Of a stretch of DNA of 64,000 nt, positions 1-10,326 are shown in pieces. Position 1 is the stretch's first letter. Every line of letters begins with the position of its first letter. The notes beneath the pieces are model-generated. The model was not told the origin of the DNA. It ran no database searches and was given only the letters and a program-made list of their open reading frames with translations. The stretch lies in NCBI RefSeq assembly GCF_028641065.1, contig NC_073380.1, positions 93,806,001 through 93,870,000 on the forward strand, written 5' to 3'. A program made the position numbers and the translations under genes. Source of the DNA: Leucoraja erinacea. Taxonomy: Eukaryota.

Positions 1-440
1 CCCAGTGGCAGGTTAACCATCACAGTCCACAGGGTATCTGCACCCCAGTCCAAGCTCAACCAAGTACTGTACCACCAACAGACATGAGTCCAGAGCCCAA
101 CCGGCCACAGTCAGCGGTAGAGAGGAAGATGGAAGGAAAAAAGCCGAATGGAGCAGTCACTGGCTGTGGCTGAAGAGAAAAGATGCTGTCTGGACTGCCA
201 CGTGACCATCTAGAGGCTAATAATAAGACACACACCCAGGGCTGATCACCATGCGGTGGGCCTGCCTCGACTGAGGATGTCTTGTAATAAAAGGCCGAAA
301 CACCCAGTGACGTTGAGGTACACAACTGAAGATGTGTCTGATTGGTAGCAAAATCACCTAGTGGTCACCCCCCACGAATACCAAATGTCAATTGTAGTGA
401 TTAGTAGGACTGGATAGTAACATCCAGTCGTACTAATCAA
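1..440 (+). mobile_element. 3' remnant of a HERO-like (RLE-class) non-LTR retrotransposon, internally deleted
   Basis: 143-205 reads AEWSSHWLWLKRKDAVWTAT*, resembling the conserved AExxSxWLWLKR C-terminus of HERO-type ORFs as I recall it; followed by a structured 3' UTR. Confidence 0.6.
271..339 (+). ncRNA. Putative non-circularly permuted hammerhead ribozyme
   Basis: GTC 279-281, GAAAC 297-301, CTGAAGA 326-332. TTGT(282-285) pairs with ACAA(322-325); AGGCC(292-296) with GTGTCT(334-339, one bulge); 271-280 pairs imperfectly with 300-307. Confidence 0.5.
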
Positions 441-457
441 TATGAATCCATTAACAT

Positions 458-580
458 GTCTTTGTGATCTTGTGGGGAAAAAAATCACTCAGGGAAAACC
501 TATGTAAGTCACAGGCAGCACTGAGGTTCAGGAGCAAACCCAGGTTACTGGAGCGGTGACGTTGACCACCAACTACTGAC
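458..580 (-). mobile_element. Degenerate tRNA-derived V-SINE fragment
   Basis: Eroded similarity to the SINE copies at 8866-9190 and 24905-25182. Confidence 0.4.
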
Positions 581-1825
581 CAGTACTCTGTTTCTGTATA
601 AATTGCAAGGATAAGCAAATTCATAAAAAATATCAGTCCTGAAGCCTGCACATGAAGAACTGTACACACACTTCCTTGATTTCCAATGAAGGGACAGGGA
701 AAACACAGAGCACTGTGCATAATGCAATTCTTAAACTGTTGCGAGAACAATAATGCTTTTGTTGAGCGTAAAGGAAATAATGAATAGTTTATCTGTCCCA
801 TGACGGTCAGCATTCAATCCAACCCTGAAGAAAATTAATGGGGCTGAGTTTCAATTACAACACCACAAGGTTATTGGATACCGATCAAGTATCAGTGAAA
901 TGGACATTTAGTGCAAAGTTCAGAAACCAACTATAGTGCTAATTGATTCATTCCAATGAATGATAATCAATCATCCCTTGTGCTGAAATTCAAACGTTCA
1001 AATTATCAATTCAAACCAAGGCTGTGAATAGACTCTGAGAATGAATTTAGGGCCTGCATTGACATGTGTCTTTTTGTGTTGCAAAGCTGATTGAAATAGA
1101 CCAGTCCATTCACTACTTTTGCTGAATGCCTTGGAAACCTAGGATGTTTTCCGAACATCAATTTGTGCAGAACTATGGACTCTTTATTAAAAATGGCTCA
1201 TTTGCAGCTGTGAATTATTCTACCAATTATGCCAAAATTTAGAAACCACTCTATTAAATAACATGCCTGCAAGCTTTTACAGTTGTTAAAGGAAACTAAT
1301 TTTGCAGTATAGCGTAATGTCTATCCAATGCAGGAAATTGTCATCGGATTTACAGACCCAATTCATTTTCACTATAGTGGCTATAAATGCCAAATAACTA
1401 AGACATTAAAGCCATTTTTGAAGAGCACAGAGGGTTCCTGTTAACAAAAGCCGATCACAAACTACATTTGCAAATGGATAAAATGCACATATACATTTTT
1501 AACAAGGTTAAAATCTGAATATTGCTCTCTTCAGGGGAAACGTATGGAAAATAAATCCTGTGTTATTACAAAAAATTATGCTATGATTTAATCAACATTC
1601 TTCAAGTTTTGAGCATGCATGTCAATAACAATAATTAGATATAAATGTCTTACAAGACCCCTCACTGCAATTTTGTCTACAAAGTAGAAGAGGCAATTAT
1701 TTATCAATAATTACTTAGAAATCACCATAAAACACATCAATGCGTCAATATAGATAGAATATATCAATTTTATCCCATGTAATCTCTCACTATTTGTTGC
1801 TTTAAAATTGATCCTGTTTTATAGC

Positions 1826-1932
1826 AAAACAGTGTTGGAGGAACTCAGTGGGCCAGGCAGCATGGCGGAATGGACAGGTATTTTGGGTTAGGACCTCTCC
1901 TCCAAATCTAGCGTCTGCAATTCCTTATATCT
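1826..1932. mobile_element. Degenerate Penelope-derived short repeat
   Basis: tggaggaactcagtgggccaggcagc...tctgcaattcctt matches the family at 21386, 60126, 63054. Confidence 0.55.
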
Positions 1933-2242
1933 CTGTTTTATAGCAATCTGTTCTAATCACTGTTTAAGATATAAGTGCTCGTGAATCATGGAAGTCATCT
2001 AAATTATCCTGGAGGACAGATTTTGGAATTGGAAGATATAAATATTTAAATTACAAAGACTGAATTTAAGAAATTTGGATTCTATTGTTCAAATACCATC
2101 ATATAACTTAGGGTTTGCGACAGTCCCATAGCACGATACTTCTACGCAAAACATTTGTCAGTCCTCACTACCGACAATAGATCTTTAGGAGAAAGAGATC
2201 CTGCTTTGCATTTATTATGTGAGGTGCAGCCTGATCATTCCA

Positions 2243-3507
2243 TCTATCAACATAAATAAAACACTGATCTTGTGCTCTTCGGGTTTGCGCAAAATATTTT
2301 TAATATTTGCGCAAAAATGGTACACGATAGCGCTAGTATTTTCTGTTCTCACTCACCGTTCTCCTGTGCTGCAAGTGCAACGTTTCTTTCCGATCAGTAG
2401 TATATTGTAAAGGTCAGCGAGGTTTTAAAATAATAAAATAAGCGCGTGCGTAGATCGATCTCCTCTCCTGCCAGTCAGCGCTTCGCGGATTGATCTCTTC
2501 TCCTGTCAATCCCCGGGACGGTCCGCCCCTTCCTGCGCCATCGCGTCTTTACTGGAGCTGAGGATGGCGGCGGGAATCTCCAACCGGACTCTATTTTCGT
2601 AGGGACCAGAAGCGGGCTGGCCCGACATCAGAGATCTCTCTAAACGGAAAGCGGAGAGCATCCAGTGCCCGCTGTGACTCCCAAACACACCGCCATCGCA
2701 ACGCCCCACAGTTCCAGTCCCTTCTCCTCTGGTCCCCCTCGCTGGCTCCTGCCCCCCTCCCCCGTGATACCCCCATCTCCCCCATGGCTCTTCCTCCGAG
2801 CTCCATCCCTCATCCACATACCAGCGCAGCCGTTGTTGCTGGTGCTTCCAGGCCAAGCCGAGGATCCATACCAACGAATGATGCTCCTCCGGGGCATGCA
2901 GGAAGGGAGAGGAGCGGCAACCTCGAGAACCTGGGGAGTGTGGGGAGGAGAGGGGATAGAGGGTGAGGAGGGGAGAGGAGTTATGGAAGAGGAAGTGACT
3001 AGGGGCAGGGCAAAAGAGAGGCGAAGGAAGGATTGGGGGAGGGTAGGAGGAGAGGGAAAAGAACAGGGAGGAGAGTGGGGGAGGGGGAATAGAGGGGGAG
3101 GAGGTGAGAGTAAAGAAGCAGGAGAGGAGAGGAGGGGGAGTGGGGGGACGAAGGGAGTGGGGAATAGAAGGCAGTGTGGAGGTGAGGGGAGGTGAGGAAT
3201 GGGGATATGGCGAATAGAGGGATAGGAGGGGGTTAGAGAGGGGAGAGGAATTATGGAGGGAAGGAGGGAGTGACTGAAGGTAGGGGAAAGAAGAGGGAGA
3301 GAGAAGTGAGAGAGGGATTGGGGAGGGGAGAGGGGAAAGAAGAGGGGAAAGAAGAGGGAGACTGAAGAGGAGGGGGAGAGAGTGCTAGGGATGAGGGGAA
3401 ATGAGCTGCGCCTGTGCAGTTGGGGGCTATGGGTGAGTGGTGGAATATTGCGTTGGGGGACCAAGCCTCTTGTGTGACAGGGACCCAACGGGTCCCACTT
3501 AGTCTAG
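2243..3507 (+). mobile_element. Non-autonomous Helitron
   Basis: Inserted between A(2242) and T(3508); starts TC; ends CTAG (3504-3507) preceded by hairpin GGGACCC-AAC-GGGTCCC (3480-3496); no TSD. Confidence 0.8.
2935..3400 (+). repeat. Polypurine (GA-rich) low-complexity tract inside the Helitron
   Basis: About 470 bp of mostly G/A; explains the Pro/Ser/Leu-rich and Gly/Glu/Arg-rich ORFs. Confidence 0.85.
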
Positions 3508-4115
3508 TTCTGACTAAAAGGGATTATCCCTCGTTGGCACTGGATCGATCATTTAGGAATTGACTGAAATACAGATTTAAAAGTCAATTCAATATGTCAT
3601 ATTTTCCCAGAACAAATGAAACTGGATAACTAATGGCATACTCAAATTTGTATTGGCACATATTTTGTTTTGGCAAGTCAGTGGTCCTGGTATACAATTT
3701 AAGGCCACTTTATGCTGCCATTACAATTTTTAACATTTGCAAATCGCCTTGATCTAGATGCCCTGCGGTTGCGGGGTTGCCTATGAGGGTTTTGATACAT
3801 TAGATTATTTGGACCATAACTTGACTATTATCGAATTAATTACCGATGATCATGAATCACATGCTACCACAATCTAATTTACGCCTGTTACAATGTTGTT
3901 AGAACCTGTAAAATGATCTTGCATTCCAGTGAAAGGATAGTGGAAAAAAAGTGATTTTCAAAATGACTTTATCTGGTCTTAAAATGATCTTGAAATACTA
4001 ATTTCAAATATTTGTGATCTCAATAGGTGAAGCAGGCTCATATTGAATTCAACATCAGTTGACTATCTGAGGCTCCATGTTATTGCATGTACAACCAGGT
4101 CAGAGACAGTGCTTC

Positions 4116-4569
4116 TTAAGGTGGCCAGGGTGGTGAGAGCCAAGAGTGTTTTATTACCATATGTCTCGAAATGGAACATGATATCGGAGTCATTGGTTGC
4201 GGCCTGCGGGCAGCCGTCTGGGTCAACGGTGACGGTGCGGTGCTGTTGGCAGCAGACTTGCCTGGGGTGGCGGTAGCAGGCTCAGTGTTAGTGGCATCGG
4301 GAGTGATTGGGTGATGGTGGCAGACGGAGCTTGGTAACAGCGACAGGCGATGACGGGAGGCGGTGGTGGCAGCAGCAGCAGTGGCGTGCAAACTGCCAGG
4401 GAGTTGGTGGTGACAGGCACGACCAGTTTGTGGTGGCGGACACAGGGGTGTCAGAAGCGGCACGGTCCGGGGTGACATTGGCAGCCTGTCCTGGCAGCGA
4501 AGGGCGGTAGGTCAATCCGCTATAACTAAAATCAGTTATAAAGAGGTCCGTTAAAACAAGAGTTTACTG
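4116..4569. mobile_element. One end of a Tc1-mariner/Tigger-like non-autonomous element with GC-rich interior
   Basis: Ends ...gaggtccgttaaaacaagagtttactg|TA; the same terminus occurs at about 10270-10326. Left boundary uncertain. Confidence 0.55.
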
Positions 4570-4699
4570 TAAAGTGCAGATAGAAACATGTCCCCATTGC
4601 AACCCAGGCAGTTTGTTTAATATATAAAAAGGAACTGTAGCTGCTGATTTATACCAAAGATCGACAAAAGGCTGGCATAACGCAATGGGTCATTAGATT

Positions 4700-4880
4700 A
4701 TTTATAGTTTGTAGTATTTAATAAGCTGATGGTTGGTGGGAAGCAGCTATTCCTGAACCTGGACTTCAGTTTTCGGACTTTTATACCTTCTTCCTGATGA
4801 CGAGTGAAATGAGAGCGTGGCCAGAGTGGTGTGGGTCTTTAATGAAGCTGGCTGCCCATTTGGGTCACTGTGTTATATCG
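4700..4880 (-). mobile_element. Rex1/Babar LINE 3' fragment, preceded by a Penelope-derived tail at about 4625-4692
   Basis: Reverse-strand similarity to the Rex1 copy at 12161-12705 (KDPHH..HALISL region). Confidence 0.55.
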
Positions 4881-5369
4881 ATGGCTTTGAGTTGACTTTG
4901 TTAAAAGTGGGTTTGAGAGGTATGGGGTGGGGTGTGGGAGGGTGAAATGAGATAGAAAAATGACTGGTCAAGGATCAGTGAGAGGCTTCCAGTTAACAAT
5001 AGCCAAGGATTGGGGCAGCCAGAAGTGCCGTGCATGGAGACCAGGGTCCTCATGATTAGCAGAAACACATCGGGGTTATAGGTGGTGGTGATTTGGAAGA
5101 TGGTGGTGGGATAACAAAGTAGGATACTTCCCAAAAGCAGTATGAATTTGTAGAACATCTCTAGACAAACAAGATATTGTACAAGTGCCAATAATGGTCA
5201 CAAATAATCCACCAATACTTCAAAAGGAATGGCATCATCTCATGGAGACCATGTCAGGGGCATAACAACATTTTGCACAAAATATAGGTTAAACAGGATT
5301 AAACCATTGAGTTGAGACTATGTGTTTTAAATGCATACTTCGAAGTGTGACCAGGCACAAAAGGTCAAT

Positions 5370-5540
5370 GGACACACAAGAGAATGCAGATGTTGGAATC
5401 TGGGGCAGCCCCACCGCTCCCTTTCACCCCAATACCGGATACTCTCTTAGTCTGATGCAAAACCCTAACCTGAAACGGCAACTATTCTGCCAACACAGAT
5501 ATTGTTGACCAACACCTTGAGCTCCTTCAGCAATTTTACT
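5370..5540. mobile_element. Old Penelope-derived repeat with eroded ctgatg...gaaac core
   Basis: gaatgcagatgttggaatc and agtctgatgc...ctgaaacggc...gagctccttcagc resemble the family consensus. Confidence 0.45.
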
Positions 5541-5979
5541 CCAGACAATAAATAGTTGTTTTTGCTTGACTTATAATCACTGTCCAATTAAAATCACAAT
5601 TCACTTAAGCATTTAGATTAAATTTTAAATCTCAAGTGTTTCAGAATCATTCTCAGTGCCAAGTCACTTCAGACAACCACATGAATTAAATTGCTTGACT
5701 TAGAAACAGCAACATTTTACTTTTAACTATATTCACTTACTATAGATGCTTTTCACAGCTGCCACATTGATAGAAACATAGCCACAGCCTATCTATTATC
5801 TTCCATCTTACACCATTTTCCTGCCCATGCAACAGTTAATCTATATTCAGTTCATCATACAAGCTTAGCTGAAAGAAGTGAATAAATTAAATTTCATAAT
5901 GACACAAGGTTCTCAGCAAAAAAAGTTTCCAAAGGTGGTAGAAAGACTGGAGGAATGACTAGGTGCTGAGAGTTCTCTT

Positions 5980-6271
5980 ATACCTGCATTAAGGAGGCAA
6001 TTAAACACACCTGATCAATTACAAACGTCTGTGAAGCCATGTGTCCCAAACATTATGGTGCCCTGAAATAGGGGTGGGGGGGAGTATGTATAAACACAGC
6101 TGTAATTTATACATAGTGAAACCAAAATGTATAAAAATACCCTTTAATAAATTCGGACAACGTGCACTTTAACCACATGTGATTTTTTTCTATAATAAAT
6201 CTCAAATTGTGGATTATAGAGGCAAATAGGTAAATGATGGGTCTTTGTCCCAAACATTATGGAGGTCACTG
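5980..6271 (-). mobile_element. Tc1 terminal inverted repeat region
   Basis: Ends cccaaacattatggaggtcactg; internal direct repeat tgtcccaaacattatgg; closely similar to the terminus of the Tc1 at 44335-45360. Confidence 0.75.
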
Positions 6272-7456
6272 TGCATACTGATGAATACAAATGAACTGAC
6301 TTCAAAAAATTACAATGGATTTAATAGGCGGGTATGTAACATCTTCCACTTTAAATAATGATAAAACATTTAAATAATTTGCAACACACTGGTTATTAAA
6401 CACGCATGTACATTAGGAAGTACTGAATACAGTCTAATAGATCTTTCAAATTGCGAACAATTTTGGACGCGTCAACGGTTGAAAATCTATTTAAATTAAC
6501 TGGTTTTGCATAGGCCATATCTGTACATGCTGTGAATGGTCTCATTTGCGCCCACACCAGTCTCCCCACATCAAATCATCTTTAGTCTTATCTTCCCCCC
6601 CTTCAACCTGGCTTGTAACTGCATACAGTACTGGTATGGCTCAACACATCATTTAGATCCTCAAGTATGTTATTTTCTACACTGGAAAATAAAGAAAATA
6701 AATGCTAAAAAGAGATAGAAATAATATAAAGTTAAGAAATCAAAGTTCAGTTTACTAACTAGATTTGGTGCACATTTCTAGCTACAAAATCAATGTGCAT
6801 GTACACGGGTTGAACGGTTTTACTATTTATAGTCATGACGCAGACACACTGCAATGCAGCAGGAAGCATCTCTGATTAGCTTCTTTCAAGCTTTGATGTG
6901 ATAATGCTGTCACTATCTACAAAACATGCACCCACTTTCAGTGGCTAATTAAAAGGCGGGTGCAACAGCAGAGAAACACAAAAGCTAACCTGCACATGTT
7001 TCCAGTTTCTCTTTAAAATTCGAGGAATAATAAAACTGGCCCAAGTCTTATGTTGCTACATCAGTAAATTAACATATTCTCTCACGACTTCCGATTTTAA
7101 GATGACCAACTAAATTCTGTAGTTCTTGCCATCACTGGAAACATGAAATCTACAGTTTCAATACTTAACACGCTGGGCAATATAACAGTGATTTTCTCGA
7201 GAAACAGAAAGTGGCTAAACATACAAAGAGATCTGCTAAAATAGCAACCTCAATTTCTTTCCTCTTTCATACAGATTTAACTAATTTCACACTCCCTGGA
7301 ACCTACGTCGCAAGCCATAATAGGACACAAATAGTATTAGCTTGGTGGAAAACATTAAATGTAGTCATCTGGAATAAATGTCTCTTCACTGAACCAATGG
7401 TAAAACATGAAAACCTTTAAATCAGATCTTAACCGATCAAGGTTAGTGGTCACTTA

Positions 7457-8840
7457 TGGGGCTTTCTCACGGGGCGACTTGACGCAAGAGGTAACCAGAG
7501 TTGAACATCGTGGGAACCTCGTACGATAACCGTACGGCATTCCTGGACCACCGTGGCGCTAACGGCAGGTAATCGTGTAACTTGTTGACTCGGGAGAAAA
7601 TTCAAGCAAGCTTGAATTTCTCCAAGAGTGACTTGTACACTTGTGGTTGAACATTGAAACATTATATGAACGTAGTGGCCAGTGCGATATCCGTAATAAC
7701 TCTTGCGTTTACCGTGGGAACTCCTGAAGTGTGATAAAGCTATTAACTCAGCAGTTTGATTGTCAGTGCTTGCTTACCTCATTGTTTAATAAATATATTT
7801 TTTACTATCAAATTGATGTCTGCAATTCTTCATTAACACATCACTACAAGATGAATGTCTCTAATGTTATAATCCCTCTCATGCTGAAACACAAAATAGT
7901 TGAAGGGAGGTGATATAATCACATTTTCATTCTTTTTCATTTTTGAGTGTTCAGGTCCCTCAATTGCTGAGCTATTTAAACGTTTGAAAGGTTCACCCCT
8001 CAGTAGATAATAAAATAAGACAATCATCACGGTCAATGTGAGACAAAGTCTTTATTCCTATTTGACAATAAAAAAAGATAACCTTGCACATATTGAGAGA
8101 AGGTGCATCACACCAAACAACATTTGTCTAAAAAAGGGCTTCGCAAACATGTAAATCAACAAATGAGGCACACTAGATTTTTTGAAACAGATTCTATTCA
8201 TTAACCTCTGCAACAAGCCTAAACTCGGGCAATAAAAGGGACAATGCAATGTGCTAAATGGCAGGTTTTGCGGACGACCATCTTATAGGAAGCACTTTTC
8301 AGAGGACAACACTTTAAAGTGAAATAAAGAGAAGTAAGCAGGATTACAACGGGACATTATTATCAGCTTATTTTCTATGCATGTCTGCTAACATGCAGCA
8401 GTGTTCCTGTGGTCGGCTACCCATCAATAGAGCTGTCCTGCCACGGCACACTCCCCAATTGTGAATTGTAGTAAGCGCAGAGATGGCCTCTTTGCTCTTT
8501 CCCACTGTATGTACCCGAGTTACCTCTGAAACGCTGCAGTGGGACCATTTCCGCCTCGGTTGCACCACTTCTCCATGTACCTAGTATTTATAGTGTGTGA
8601 AAAAAAAGTTACATCATTTGTGCCACGTAATGATTTAACTACACTTCACAGTTCACAATGTTCATTCAAGATTTAACGGGAAAGCTCGGGAGACGGACAA
8701 GTCACTCGCACAAATAACAGAAATGCCGAGTACCCGTGGGAACTCTTTATCTACCCCCGTTATCGTGTGATATCGTGCTAGACCACGACCACTTCACTCT
8801 GGTTACATCTTGCGTCAAGTCGCCCCGTGAGAAAGCCCCA
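7457..8840. mobile_element. Non-autonomous PIF/Harbinger-like DNA transposon
   Basis: About 45-bp TIRs (tggggctttctcacggggcgacttgacgcaagag/tgtaaccagagt); TTA on both flanks (7454-7456, 8841-8843). Confidence 0.8.
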
Positions 8841-8865
8841 TTAGATGCACCAATAGTATACAGCA

Positions 8866-9190
8866 GTGTTTTAGGTTTAGTTTTAGAGATACAGTGTGGA
8901 AACAGGCCCTTCGGCCCACCAAATCCGTGCCGAGCACCCGCACACCCAACACCGTCCTACACACAATAGGGATAATTCACTTAAAAAAAAATATAGCAAG
9001 CCAATTAACCTACAAATCTGTACGTCTTTGGAGTGTAGGAAGAAACCGAAGATCTCGGAGAAAACCCACGCAGGTCACGGGGAGAACGTACAAACCCCGT
9101 ACAGACAGCACCCGTAGTCGGGATTGAACCCGGGTCTCCGGCGCTGCAAGCACTGTAAGGCAGAAACTCTACTGCTACGCCACCGTGCCG
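8866..9190 (-). mobile_element. Full-length tRNA-derived V-SINE (HE1-like) with CR1-type tail
   Basis: Minus strand: A-box ggtggcgtagcagtag, B-box ggttcaatcc, V-domain gtttgtacgttctccccgtg...cactccaaagac, tail gggccgaagggcctgtttcc and (ctaaa)n. Confidence 0.85.
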
Positions 9191-9584
9191 TTCTAAGTTG
9201 TGACTGTGGAAACTTACTCAAACTTAATATTGCAGTACAACACTATATTCCCTGTACAAAATTGACAGTCGCATAACCTGTTCTTAATAGTATTAGATTG
9301 GCCTACACACCTTCATCTGTATAACTGCTGCACTCATGTTAGGTATGAAACAAAAGTGACTTTGAAATGCTGATTTACCTGTCACCCCTTTTTGTTAAAA
9401 ATAGATGTTGACACATGGAATAAATCCTCACCATTTTATCAGAGTTGCATTAAACCCTCATTATAACAGGGGATTGGGGAGGGGGGGGGGGGGGGGGGGG
9501 GGGGGGGAGGGGTGGAGAGATTGATGCATTATTGCTGATTGCCCATTTAAACTGAGTACAGCATTATCATTGGATGTAGCTGAA

Positions 9585-9720
9585 ATAAAGAACTGCAGAT
9601 GGTGGTTGAAGACCAAAGACCACAGTGCTGGAGTAACTCAGTGGATCAGGCAGCATCTCTGGAAGACATGGATAGGCGAGGTTGGGATACAGTCTGCTGA
9701 GTCATCCAGCACGGTGTCAT
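9585..9720 (-). mobile_element. Penelope-derived short repeat
   Basis: aagaactgcagatg...gctggagtaactcagtggatcaggcagcatctctgg plus a short inverted piece. Confidence 0.65.
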
Positions 9721-9734
9721 TTTACCTTAAACCT

Positions 9735-10326
9735 AGGTGCCGGTGCCTTTGGTCTGTACCATGAGTCCTTCTTCACCGGTTCACGCGGCTGTTGTTGTGG
9801 CTCACATTGCAGCGCGTTCTTCCACATGGCGACGTGCTGTGTCACCATGGGTTTCCCTCTCTTCTAACCAGCTGCCACTTACAAGGTGGCATATATATCG
9901 GCAACTCCAGGGTGGTGGTGGTGGGTGGGGTGATGATGGATTGAGGGGGGGTAGAGGAGAAGAGGCTGAGTGGACAGAGCAACAAGAGGAGGTGGTGGCA
10001 GCTGAGCAGACAAAGCGAAGGAAGAAGCGAGAGCAGGCAAGAGTGGAGGGAGCCTCATGATGACCGAGCGCATGTTGTCGGTGGCGGCAGCCTGAAGAAA
10101 ACATTGTCCCCAGGGGGGTACAACAGGGCTACAACATGATCCGCATCAACAGCCGCTTCAACTAGACCGTGCAGTGAGTGAAGAAGGGCTCGTTGCTGTA
10201 CCTTGTGAGTAGGGCAGGGGTCCTAGAAGCCTGCGCTCTAAGTGACCGGGGAGGCGGTGTGAGTCGGGGTCCATCTGCTATAACCAAAATCTATAAAGTG
10301 GTTTTGTTAAAAAAGAGGATTTACTG
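9735..10326. mobile_element. One end of a Tigger-like element with GC-rich, coding-like interior
   Basis: Ends ...ctgctataaccaaaatc...gaggatttactg|TA, same terminus family as 4510-4569. Confidence 0.55.

Noticed and set aside
2640-3488. 282-aa Pro/Ser/Leu-rich ORF and the overlapping 176-aa ORF
   Set aside because: Products of the polypurine tract inside a Helitron; low complexity.
8866-9190. tRNA gene
   Set aside because: A/B boxes are the head of a SINE with V-domain and LINE tail; no complete cloverleaf.
9478-9512. Poly-G run as a functional G-quadruplex
   Set aside because: Isolated homopolymer of unreliable length; similar runs are scattered through the window.
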